Source: a virus. Taken from it: a stretch of 64,000 nt of DNA. The DNA lies in the IMG/VR virus record IMGVR_UViG_3300042526_000402, positions 71,861 through 135,860 of that record. One strand, given 5' to 3'. Below, one piece after another: positions 11,163-22,100 of the stretch. A program made the position numbers and the translations under genes. The notes under the pieces are model-generated. The model made no database searches. It was not told the origin of the DNA and was given only the letters and a program-made list of their open reading frames with translations. Positions within the stretch are counted from its first letter, which is position 1. The number at the start of each line of letters is the position of its first letter.

Positions 11163-14100
11163 TATTTACAGTATTTAGAATTATCTTTTAATTTATTAAA
11201 TATATCATCATCATTTTCATCTTCAGCCTCACTTTCTAATTTAATGATTTTATCCTTAGCATTAGAGAATTTTTCAAGATTATCATGAGATTCTTTTGAT
11301 AATTCTTTATCTTGTTCTGTTACTGGGGCTTTACCAACTTTTTCTTTTTCCATTGCTTCTTTAGAATACATAGTGAAGTTATTTTTAATTTCTTGTTCAG
11401 TAAACACTTTCTTAGTGTCTGTACCATAAAGTTTAACAACAACTTGATTAGTGTCTTTATTTATCATGAACACTTCTACTACAGAATTTTCTGCTCCTTC
11501 AAAGATAGGTTTTTTTGAGATAAGTAATGTGCCTTTTTTAATTGTATCTGCGGATACATTTGGCAATTCTTGTTCTCTTTTTTTATAAGCTTCTTGTATT
11601 GTAGTATAAGAAATATCTCCTCTATTATTTATAGCATCTTCAAAAGCTTTATCAAGTTCATCTTTATCTTTAGCTTTATTAATAGCTTCAAAAAATGATG
11701 GGTTTTCTCCTAATTCTTTTTCTTTTTTAACTGCTGTAAGAGAAGGTTTAATACTGCGAGCACTGTTAACTATTTCTTTGAGTTCATCTGTTGAGACTGT
11801 TTCTCCTTTTCCAGATAATCCAGGAACTGTTTCTGCTTGTCTGTTGGAAGACTTTTCATTCTTAGGTACACCAGACCTTTTCTGTACTTTGCCGGCATTT
11901 GGTCCGAAGACTTTGTTTGCTGCTGCTTGTTGTTTACTGAACCTTGCTTTCTTGGTTTTTCCATCTTTTATAATTTTGATTAAATTTAAATCATTTTTTA
12001 ATTGTAACAAACTATTTATTTGGTTAGATATATCATCTACTAAGTCACCTCTATTAACAACTGACACACCTAAACTATATAATTCATCAACTTTTTGGTC
12101 AATCCATTTATAAATATAATCTAATTCACTAATAGCAATACCTTGAACACCTACTTCAAATAATATATCTAATGTTTCAGGATACTCTTCAGTGTCTAAT
12201 ATTTGTGTGATAGCTTTACTAACTGCTGCTGATAAACTTAATCTATCCATCTCTTTAAGATGTTTCTTTTCATCTTGAGGCTTGAATGATTTAGTTGCTT
12301 TCTGAAAGCTGTTAGGTAAAGAATTTAAAGCAAATATATAATCATTTGCATTACCACCTTTTTGAAACACTACATCATTAGTATTTAATAAGTCTTGTTT
12401 TTCTTTTTCAAGTCTAGTAACACGGTCTTTAAGTTGAGAAATTTCATTTAACAAATAGAATTGAGAAACCTTGCTTCTTTTGATATCTTTAGGCTTAACT
12501 AATTCAGATAATCTTTTGATTTCACCAAGAGCAAATACAATTTCTTCATCTATTTCAGAAATTATTTTATCATTTCTTTTATAGCTTAACCCAACAATTG
12601 ACCCTGACTTATCTCTTACTACATCATAATGTACACCATTGATAGTTGCTTTAGTTTCATCAGCATTATCAAACTTAGCTTTTATAACTTTGCCGTTAAC
12701 CTTATTTGTTTGGAAAGGGAAAGTAATACCAGTAATCACAGATATTCCTAAATCCATTGTATTTAATGAACCGTTTGTAGCAGGTTTAAAATTATGATAT
12801 ACTACTTCAATTTCCTTTTCAGGTTTATCTAATAAAGCCTTTGTATCAGCAATAGCTTTTTCAAGTTGTTCTCTTATATCAGATTCAGTTTCTGTATCTA
12901 AATCACTTTGAAATTGCCCTATCATTTGTTTAAGCAATGCTTCATCTTTAACAGTATTTTTCTCTACAGCAAATGAACCATCTTCTAACATGATTAACTT
13001 ACCAGCAGAACCATTAAACATTACTGTTTTGTTTACCAAATCATTTAGAGATATGTTTACTAAGTCCTCTGTTTCTTCTAGTACTTCTGGGGTAGATGTT
13101 AATTCATCAGTTCCCGTATCACCAGAATCATCATCAGCTTCTTCCTCAGTAAATTCTGGTTTAATCATCATTACACCATATTCTGAAACAGCATCTAAGA
13201 ATGGTAATTCATAGTAACCTGGAGCAAGAACTTTTTTACTAGTGCTACCATCTTTATTTACTACATCATTACCTTCAGCATCTTTAACAGTTACTTGAGC
13301 TTTATCAATATCATTTACATAACCCTCTGTATTTACATTTATACCTAATGGTAATATTTGTAACTTGCTAACTTTTATACCGGTCATGTTATAAAACAAT
13401 GTAGCATAAATTGATAACTGAGCTTGGTGTTTTATTCTGTTATAACTGTTTTCAGACTCATATCCATCCCAATTTTTTGAAGTTTTGATATCTATAATCA
13501 TTACTTCTCCTTTAGCATTAACAGCTAATAAATCTATCTCACCTGTTATACCTAAAGTTTTATCAAACACTAGTAAGTTTTCTGGAAACAATACAAACTC
13601 CCCGTCAATCATTTTACTTCTTATAGAAGAAACAATACCGCCTGGACCAAATAGTCTATTAAAAGCTTTCTCAGACATGAATTCTGAAACCTTATATTCT
13701 ACTCCATTTATATCTATGCTACCTGTGTAATTAACTTCAGCAAAACCTTCACCATTACCAGTATCAATAGTTAAGAATTTTCTGATTAATTCATCAACTT
13801 TTGTTCCCGCCTCTGAAGATTCAATAAATGCATATTTATCTATTGTTTCTCTAACACCTTCAACTGTAGGATTTTTTCTTAAATCTGCTTCTATTCTTTC
13901 AATTTTAGATTTAGAATTAAAAGCTTTAGATCTTTTAGCAAGTAGTTTAAACTTATCCATAAAGATATCTACAGCCTTTTGAGGATCAGTTTCATTTTCT
14001 AAAATTTCAGCAAAAGTATTTGCATAAAAATCTTTTCTGTTATATCCAGTCCAAGCTTTACCAGTTATGTCTTCAGTAATTTTAGCTGCAATTTCAGTAA

Positions 14101-17100
14101 CCCTTTTTAATTGTGTACTTGGTTCTGTAGTAGTTTTATCCAAAGCAGCTAATTCTTCAAAAATACTAGATACACCATTAAATACTTTTTCTATTTCTGA
14201 TTTAAGTGTGGGGTTAGTTTTTATTAATGATGAACTGGCTCCATCAAGATAATCTTGATAACCTGATACATCAATATTACCTAATTTACTTTGCCAATCT
14301 TTTAATATTATTGCAATTGCAGCATAATTCTTAAAATCATAAATACCATTATTATCTTCATAAGAAACATCTAGATTTAATCCACCAAGGGGAAGTAATG
14401 ATAATAATTGTTGATTATTACCTTCTACTTTTGCAATTGGTTTATCATATTTATAATTTTTATTTAAACTATCAAGTATTTGTTTAATAATAGGATTATT
14501 ATAACCATCTTTATAAGTATCAGCACCTGCTTTTACAAGCCAGTCTCCACCATTAAAAAAGAATGGATACCACTCACCTTTTGTTTTACTACTAGTTCCT
14601 TGTGAGCTTCTGTATACAGGTACTATTGCTCCATCAATATTAAATACTATTGCATCTCTGCCAGTAGATTGTTTAAAAAATGCACTATTATTAATTTTTT
14701 CTACATAACCTTGTTCTGCTAACTTATCTAAAATTTCTGGTAATGCTGCTCCTAGTTCAAATTGAGACGTGATAATATCAGCAACTCTACTTCTTTTCTC
14801 TATATCAGCTTTTTTAGCTTCTATATCAGTAGAAACAGTCTCTTCACCAGCAAACTTTCTAGTTTTTCTACCTTCCTCATCAAATACATCTTCTACTTCA
14901 TCTCTTCTGTTAATTACTCTTTCAATAATAGTATCTACTACTTTTTGAGCAACAGACTTAGGCTTGTATGTTTTAGCTATAGCATCAAGATAACCTTGAA
15001 GATTTTCCAAGTCTTCATTTAAGTCTGCTTTTTGCTGTTCTGTAAGGTTATTACCTTTAGCATCCTTACCTGTTTCAGATAGTTTTTTTAATTGTTTGTA
15101 TAACTGATTTAATGCAAAGATTGTATCTCCAGAAGTTACTTGCTTCTTGTTGTACTTTAGGAAAGGTGGTTCTTTTAACTTTTCCGCACGGGCTTTTGAT
15201 TCAGCAAATGCTTTTTCATTATAAACCTTAATTATTTCTCTAGCATCACTCTGAGGTGATTCAAGCCATCTCTCTCTTCTAGATTCATACTCTGCAAGGT
15301 TTACCTCCTTCAATGATGCTTTGTCACCTATTTCTTCTAAGAACTTATCAAAAGATATATCTAACTGAGCTTTTAATTCATCAGGCATTTGGTCATAAGG
15401 AGTATTTACAGTAATTTCATCTACAGTATCTTCAGTTATACCTTTTTGTGCAAAACTTTCTTTTACTTCTTTTTCAGATTCATCATAAGAAGCATTAATT
15501 TGCTCTACTTTTTCTGTGTAAACATTAAAAGCTTTAGTAGATTCTACATCAAATATTTCTGCAGGTTCTTGACTTAACACTTGTTTTTGTGCATTAATTG
15601 ATTGTGCCAAAAATTCTGGTAAAGACATTATAGAAAGACCAGCTTTAAGCACATCTTCTTTAGATAAACCAGGAGTATAAATTTTTGAAACAAGAGCTTG
15701 TAATTCTTGAATAACAGCTGGGTCACTATCATCTAATGTCAAAAGCTTGTCTAAATCTTCTTCAGAGATTATGTTTTCAGCAACTAATGCATCAACAGTT
15801 TTAATAATTTTTTTAACATCATTATCAGCTATAGCCTCTAAAGCATCTGTTAAAAGTTTTATATCTGCTTCAGCTTTCTTTTTATCTTCTTCAAGTTTAG
15901 TATTAGCATCAGTAATAACAGTATTTTCTTGTTCAACTTCAGAAAGAGTCCTACCTATTTCATCCGCAAATTGTTGCTCATATACTTCTCTAGCCTCTTT
16001 TATTTCAGCTTCTTTTGCAGTCTTTAATTCATTTAATTTATCATCAAGCTTTTGCTTGTCTGTCATTGGTTCTCCTGCAGGTTTTTTTGCTAAAGCATTT
16101 GAAGCTCTCATAAATATTTCAGCATACTCACCATACAAAACACTATTTTCATTAATGATCATATTGTTTGTAGTGTCAATAAATTCATCTGGAATATTTT
16201 TTGAATCTTCAACCCAATCAGCAAATTTATCTAAGTCAACATAAATACCTTTACTTGCAAGTTCATTAAGTACTTCATTCTTTTCTGCATTTGCAAACTC
16301 TTGATTTACAATGTCTTTAACATAATCTTTTCTGTTATCATACATGTTTTTCATCCACTGGAAATTTCTTTCCACATGCTCATTAAACTCTTTAGGATCA
16401 GCAAGAATATTTATGTAATCAGATAGTATGTTTTTATCTTTTACTAATAAATGAGTGTCATAAAGAGAATCAAATAGTTCTTCAAACCCACCATTCTCAT
16501 CAATTTCATTTTGTAACTTAATTCTGTTTTCATTGCTTCCTGCAATTGCATCAAGTACATTCTTAAAAGTATCAGCATATTCTTGACGCAATTCTGGAGA
16601 TATATCAGAACCAGTTTCTTGTACTTGTGCTTTTTCTTCAGGTGTACCAAAAGCACTAACAAACATATTAATACCAAGAATCTGTGATACTTCTTGCTGT
16701 GTCTGTTGAAATCTATAAAGAGAAGATAATAGTTTTCTTTTTTGTTCAATCTCTTGTTGTGTTTGAGGGTCTCCACTTTTAGTACCTAATTCAATATCTG
16801 ATTTAAGCATTTCAACTTCTCTGTTTAACTTATTTTCATTGTTAGTCAGTATAGAAAAATTTGAAAAAGAATTCCCTGATATAGAAGATAACTTAGATAA
16901 AGAACCATATAATTTATCTAATCTTTTTAATGTATCATCAAAGTTAGATTGTAAAAATACAAATGAGTTAATACCTTCTTGATGAGCCATTTGGTATATC
17001 ATAGCTTTTTTGTATTCTTCAGAATCTTTTTTTAGATTTTGTGTAGAAAGTTGAGGCTTGAATTTTCTATATGCATAATCATATCTATTCTTAATTGTTT

Positions 17101-19105
17101 TAGCACTTAATACAGCTTTGTCCAAGTTTTCTAAAGCTTTTGTTCCCTCACCTTTCTGTAATCCCCAAGCTTCTTCAATTTCTTGAGGTGATGCATTTTT
17201 ATATTTTTGCATTTGGTCAATGTACATATCAAATGTACCAGCTCTCAAAGAAGTAGTTACATCTGATATGAATGCAGCACTTGAAGCATCTTTTAATTTT
17301 TTAGTAGTTTGCTCATCCGGTTCATTTACATTTCTTGCAAGAGCAGATATTGTTGCATAGTTATTGATTCTTGGATCAAACATCTTTTCAGGATTTGAAA
17401 GAAGTCCATTAAATGCATTTACTATCTGATCTGCTTCAGCATCTTTTTGTTTAATATAAGTGTCATAAGAATCTTTTGATTTAAAGATCTTGTTACCTAA
17501 TCTTGAACCATGTTTTACTAATTTAGAAGGTCCTTGTAATAAAGAACCCATAGCAAAACCAGACAAGAATGTTTCAGAAAAAACACTTTGTTCAGATAAA
17601 CCATCTGCTAATGCTGACATAGCAAATCTATAACTCTTAACAGAAGGATCATAGAAAGCTTTTGTATAATAATCTTCTACAGCTGCAGATAGAGCTTCTT
17701 GACCAACTTCTTGGAAACCTTCAATTAAGTTAGCTTTAAAATAGTTGATTGCTCCCGCACCCATTTTACGCGGGTTTGTTACAGCTTTCAATGAGTTTTT
17801 AAAGTTAATAGGAACTTTCTCCATTGATGCTTTAGCAATATCATCAGCATTATTCATAACAAGCTGAAACTCTTTTCCTACTGTACCCACAACTTTACCA
17901 GCATTTAAACTTGGTAAGCCTTTTAAAAATTTAGCTTTTGTTATTGATGGAAAAGCTAGCTTATTAGAATAAAATACTAAAGCAGTATTTGCAATAGTAT
18001 TTGTAGTACCTGCAGCTTTAGCAGTCTTCATCATTCCTAGTGTTGTCTTTTCATCCGGAGCTTTGTTATACTTATCTACATAATTATTATAAAAGTTGTT
18101 AAACTTAGTTTCTTCAGACATACCACCTTCAAGCTTACCTTCAGATAAAGCTAAGTTCATAGCCATCATATCATGCCAGAAAGCACCAGCAGTTCTTGTT
18201 GACCTAGCAAGACCAGTTAAATTATCTACATTTTTCCATTCACCTAACTTAGTTATAGCCTCAACTGTATTCTCTAAAGGATTCAAACCTTTTCCTAAAG
18301 TAGTAGCAGCTGATTTAGCACCATTCCAAAATGTCTTTGCAGAGTTAACAGCAGTTAAACCATCTATAGCTTTACCTAATTTTGATATAGTCTTAGCTGT
18401 TTTATATAATGCTCCTGGAACTTTCCATAAGTTTTTTAAACCTCCACCAATACCTCCAAGTACTGCACCTGGTATAGCACCAACACCACCTTCAGCAAAA
18501 CCTACAACACCACCAATAACAGCTCCTTCTACAGCACCCTCAAGCATGATACCAGCAGAGTAAGAAAATGAATTTAATAAGTTTACACCAAATCCACCAA
18601 CACCTCCTCTACTAGAGTAACCTAACATGTTATAGTATTCATAATCTTTTGCAGATTCTGTATTAGCAGCAAATCCTTTACCAGTAGCAATGTCTTTATA
18701 AGACTTCAAAGGGTCCATAAAACCTAAACCAACCATTGGTAATGCAGCAGATGTCAACCATCTCTTCATCTCATCACCTGTAGTTGTACCTTTGTTATAA
18801 TTAAGTTCATTATTGATTAATGGATCAAATCCAATTCTATCATATGTTTTTTGACCAAAAGCTTTATATCTTTCTTTAAATGATCCAGTGGGTGAACTAT
18901 CAAAAGCAAAAGCTTTACCATACTCATTAGTATCATTTAAAGAAAGTATATTGTTTCTTGTACTTTGTACAAGTTGTTGACCAAATGCTTTAGCTGGTGA
19001 CACTTCAGGTTTAGGTTGTCCTTTAGGAGCAGGTGTTGCTGGAACTCTTGATTTTAATCCATAGTTTTGAGCAAACGCGTCAAGTGAACTTATGTTATCT
19101 GCCAT
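11162..19105 (-). CDS. Giant ejection/cargo protein with Gly-rich hydrophobic N-terminal segments and a PD-(D/E)XK nuclease domain
   Basis: 2647 aa. GAVIGGVVGFAEGGVGAIPGAVLGGIGGGL segment, long coiled-coil stretches, and GEIDLL...IIDIKTSK...QLSIY nuclease motifs (about 13400-13545). Lies immediately upstream of the vRNAP as in crAss-like phages. Confidence 0.75.
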   Translation of the reverse strand: MADNISSLDAFAQNYGLKSRVPATPAPKGQPKPEVSPAKAFGQQLVQSTRNNILSLNDTNEYGKAFAFDSSPTGSFKERYKAFGQKTYDRIGFDPLINNELNYNKGTTTGDEMKRWLTSAALPMVGLGFMDPLKSYKDIATGKGFAANTESAKDYEYYNMLGYSSRGGVGGFGVNLLNSFSYSAGIMLEGAVEGAVIGGVVGFAEGGVGAIPGAVLGGIGGGLKNLWKVPGALYKTAKTISKLGKAIDGLTAVNSAKTFWNGAKSAATTLGKGLNPLENTVEAITKLGEWKNVDNLTGLARSTRTAGAFWHDMMAMNLALSEGKLEGGMSEETKFNNFYNNYVDKYNKAPDEKTTLGMMKTAKAAGTTNTIANTALVFYSNKLAFPSITKAKFLKGLPSLNAGKVVGTVGKEFQLVMNNADDIAKASMEKVPINFKNSLKAVTNPRKMGAGAINYFKANLIEGFQEVGQEALSAAVEDYYTKAFYDPSVKSYRFAMSALADGLSEQSVFSETFLSGFAMGSLLQGPSKLVKHGSRLGNKIFKSKDSYDTYIKQKDAEADQIVNAFNGLLSNPEKMFDPRINNYATISALARNVNEPDEQTTKKLKDASSAAFISDVTTSLRAGTFDMYIDQMQKYKNASPQEIEEAWGLQKGEGTKALENLDKAVLSAKTIKNRYDYAYRKFKPQLSTQNLKKDSEEYKKAMIYQMAHQEGINSFVFLQSNFDDTLKRLDKLYGSLSKLSSISGNSFSNFSILTNNENKLNREVEMLKSDIELGTKSGDPQTQQEIEQKRKLLSSLYRFQQTQQEVSQILGINMFVSAFGTPEEKAQVQETGSDISPELRQEYADTFKNVLDAIAGSNENRIKLQNEIDENGGFEELFDSLYDTHLLVKDKNILSDYINILADPKEFNEHVERNFQWMKNMYDNRKDYVKDIVNQEFANAEKNEVLNELASKGIYVDLDKFADWVEDSKNIPDEFIDTTNNMIINENSVLYGEYAEIFMRASNALAKKPAGEPMTDKQKLDDKLNELKTAKEAEIKEAREVYEQQFADEIGRTLSEVEQENTVITDANTKLEEDKKKAEADIKLLTDALEAIADNDVKKIIKTVDALVAENIISEEDLDKLLTLDDSDPAVIQELQALVSKIYTPGLSKEDVLKAGLSIMSLPEFLAQSINAQKQVLSQEPAEIFDVESTKAFNVYTEKVEQINASYDESEKEVKESFAQKGITEDTVDEITVNTPYDQMPDELKAQLDISFDKFLEEIGDKASLKEVNLAEYESRRERWLESPQSDAREIIKVYNEKAFAESKARAEKLKEPPFLKYNKKQVTSGDTIFALNQLYKQLKKLSETGKDAKGNNLTEQQKADLNEDLENLQGYLDAIAKTYKPKSVAQKVVDTIIERVINRRDEVEDVFDEEGRKTRKFAGEETVSTDIEAKKADIEKRSRVADIITSQFELGAALPEILDKLAEQGYVEKINNSAFFKQSTGRDAIVFNIDGAIVPVYRSSQGTSSKTKGEWYPFFFNGGDWLVKAGADTYKDGYNNPIIKQILDSLNKNYKYDKPIAKVEGNNQQLLSLLPLGGLNLDVSYEDNNGIYDFKNYAAIAIILKDWQSKLGNIDVSGYQDYLDGASSSLIKTNPTLKSEIEKVFNGVSSIFEELAALDKTTTEPSTQLKRVTEIAAKITEDITGKAWTGYNRKDFYANTFAEILENETDPQKAVDIFMDKFKLLAKRSKAFNSKSKIERIEADLRKNPTVEGVRETIDKYAFIESSEAGTKVDELIRKFLTIDTGNGEGFAEVNYTGSIDINGVEYKVSEFMSEKAFNRLFGPGGIVSSIRSKMIDGEFVLFPENLLVFDKTLGITGEIDLLAVNAKGEVMIIDIKTSKNWDGYESENSYNRIKHQAQLSIYATLFYNMTGIKVSKLQILPLGINVNTEGYVNDIDKAQVTVKDAEGNDVVNKDGSTSKKVLAPGYYELPFLDAVSEYGVMMIKPEFTEEEADDDSGDTGTDELTSTPEVLEETEDLVNISLNDLVNKTVMFNGSAGKLIMLEDGSFAVEKNTVKDEALLKQMIGQFQSDLDTETESDIREQLEKAIADTKALLDKPEKEIEVVYHNFKPATNGSLNTMDLGISVITGITFPFQTNKVNGKVIKAKFDNADETKATINGVHYDVVRDKSGSIVGLSYKRNDKIISEIDEEIVFALGEIKRLSELVKPKDIKRSKVSQFYLLNEISQLKDRVTRLEKEKQDLLNTNDVVFQKGGNANDYIFALNSLPNSFQKATKSFKPQDEKKHLKEMDRLSLSAAVSKAITQILDTEEYPETLDILFEVGVQGIAISELDYIYKWIDQKVDELYSLGVSVVNRGDLVDDISNQINSLLQLKNDLNLIKIIKDGKTKKARFSKQQAAANKVFGPNAGKVQKRSGVPKNEKSSNRQAETVPGLSGKGETVSTDELKEIVNSARSIKPSLTAVKKEKELGENPSFFEAINKAKDKDELDKAFEDAINNRGDISYTTIQEAYKKREQELPNVSADTIKKGTLLISKKPIFEGAENSVVEVFMINKDTNQVVVKLYGTDTKKVFTEQEIKNNFTMYSKEAMEKEKVGKAPVTEQDKELSKESHDNLEKFSNAKDKIIKLESEAEDENDDDIFNKLKDNSKYCK

Positions 19106-19118
19106 GATTTAAATTATA

Positions 19119-22100
19119 TTAATATGAAAAACCAGCATCTTTAGGTGTGATGCCAAAGAATTTTGTCATGTTTGCTAATGCTTTTTGATTATTTTCTTTA
19201 TGGAATTTTTGAAACATTTGTATGTTATGCTGATTAGCTGATTCTATTTTTGAAATAATCTCTTGTTTTGCTTCTGAAATATTTTTACCAAGAGCTAATG
19301 ATTCAGTATCATTTAAATCAGGTACTAAATTACCATCCTCATCTGCAACATGGTATTTAACATTATATCTAATGTCTCCTGATTGAGGATCTTTTTCAAA
19401 TACAAAATTACCACCATTGTTTGGATCAACATATCTAATTTTACTTTTAAGATTAAGCATAGCCTCACTTGGATCAATTTCATTTGATTGAAACATTTGA
19501 TTTTTCCATGAAGATTTTGGAGCTACATAAGTAATACCATTGTTATAAATCTTTTCTAATTCTGTTGCACTAATTTTGTAATCTCCATCTTTGAGATGTT
19601 TTTCTAAAAACTCTCTTGGAAATTTAATAGTCATAGCACCAGCATTTTCATTTTCAAATGCAATCTGACTCTGAAGTAGTTTAAACAATACAGGTTTGTC
19701 TTTTTGTTTTTGACTTGCTAGATATAACAAATCATTTGCTAATCTCTTGTATTTATTAAACTTACCAGCATTTTCTTCATTAACTTCTATTTTACCACCT
19801 TTATTTGGACCATCAATACTTATACCATGTAATCCATCTTGGTTTGAAAATGAAATTTTATTTATATCCTCAACAGTTTGTGCAAAATACTGATACCCAT
19901 CAGAACCTTTCCAACCTAAATTAACATCAATACTTGTTGGAACTGCTGCTAAACTACCTTTACCTTTACCTTGCATTTTAGTTGGAGCTACTGTTCTCAT
20001 ACCAATTTTATTATTAGAATTAGTAACAGTAGCATTAAATGTTTTGTTAAGCATTTTTAAAATTGAAGCTCCATCTTCATTATGAGTATAAACATCACCT
20101 GCTTTTATTTGAGATGTTGAACTAATGTTTGTTGTTGGTGATACAGTTGTATAAGAACCACCTGGTGTTTTTTTATTATTTGCATGAACAAGTTTCTTTT
20201 TTCTTCTATTTGCTCCAATAATAGAATTTTCAACCAAATCTTCAAATCTATCTTCATCTATTTTACCTTGTAAATATTGTTCATTATAAAGTTTTAAAAT
20301 TTCTTTACTTACTTGGTCAGATAAATTTGCAGATGCTAAAGCTGTAGATAAATCTTTTTGAATAACCTTATAATTATCTTTTTTAGCCTCTTTATAAACT
20401 TTAAAGAATTGTCTAACTTCTTCAAAATTACCAGAATCTTTAGCTTTACTTAAATAATTTCTTGAAAGAGAAGTACCATCATTTGCATAAGCCCATCTAT
20501 CCATTTTATCTTTCATATTAAAAAGCTTTCCTTGGACAGTTAAATTTCTTACTGTTTGTGATTTATTATTTCTATAGTCTTCTTTAATTTTTCTAAACTC
20601 TTGTAAAGCTTTATCAGGAGTTGTTCCTAATATACCAGCTAATTCAACTCTATCAATTTCTGGATTAGAACCTTCAATACCACTGGAAATTAAATTAATT
20701 AAGTTATTTGCATAACCAGTTGCATTTTTATCAACTGTTTGAAATAAGTAATCTCTATTATGCTTCATCCAGTTTACAGTCACATTACCTGTATTACCAG
20801 CATTAATAGGTTCAAACTTCTGAGTATTTTTTGTTGCAACTATATTACCATTTTTATCAAGTTCAGCGGCACCAATAGATAACATGTGCTCTTTAACTAA
20901 ATTATCTTCTTCAAATTTAGCTTTAGCAATTGCCATTTTTTCATCATGTTTTTGCTGATCTTTAAATTTAGAGATTTCAAAGTCATACTTCATTTTATCT
21001 CTCTGCATATTAAATGCATTTTGACTAGCATCTCTTCTCATGTTATGAGAATGTCTCATATTTTCAAGACCAATAGGATTTACTTTTGTATCATAAATCA
21101 TACCTATTTTAGCATAATCATTAGCAGCACCTAGTATATCTTCTTGAGCTAATAAGTTAGCATATCCAGAATCTATTTTATCTCTACTTAATTCTAAGTT
21201 ATCAATATCCAGACCACCTGTTTTAGCACCTAAACCTTGAGTATTTACAGTGTTTGATTGACCATTTAATTGTTCATTAAGTTTAGAGTTATGATCTTTA
21301 ATAAAAGATTCAACTTCAAGAGACTGTTGAATTCTTTGTAAATAAGAACCTTGTTTAGGATGTACATCACCTTTTTCTATGTCATTCTCAACAGAACTTT
21401 TCTTATTGTTTTCAACTGTTACTTTTTCATCAGCTTGTGTACTTTTTTCTGAAACAAAATTACTCAAGTGTCTGTACTGTTCTTGTAAGTAATCTTTTTC
21501 AGCAGCTTTTTTATCTCCATTAAACTTAGAAGCTCTTGTATCAATCTCAGTTTTTCTTTTTACATATGCTTCTGTGGCATAAACTCTTTGTAATTCTGGA
21601 TCATTTACATAGGTATTTAAAAATAATTTCTGTAAACTTGGAATTACAAGTTCACCATTTTTTTGTCTTACCATGTACATTCCTGATTTATCAGGTTGTG
21701 TAATGTCAACAGAAATATTATATTCTTTTGCTAAATCAAAATATTTTTTTTGAGCATTAACATAAGGTGTGTAAGATATATTAGAAAAACTTAAAACTTC
21801 AGAAGCATCCGCATTTTTAAATTCTTCTAATCTCATTTGCATAGCCTTTACACCAACATCCCAGTACCTAGCTCTTTCTTTTTCATCCTTACTATTTAGT
21901 AATGAGGTAGCCATTCCTACCTCAGAATTATAATTTTTTGTAAGTGCTATATCTTTTATTAAATTTTTATTTTCATAAAAAGGCTTGAAAACTTGTGTAG
22001 CTTGCTGAACATTTTGTTCTAATGATAAATCTAATCCTGATACTCTTTTTAATTCAAAATCAATTTTTTTAAGATAGTCATCTTTCATCTTATTACTATC

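Noticed and set aside
14141-14833. Intein explanation for the inserted domain (and for the vRNAP kinase insert)
   Set aside because: No N-terminal Cys splice motif, no C-terminal HN-[C/S/T], and no LAGLIDADG motifs.
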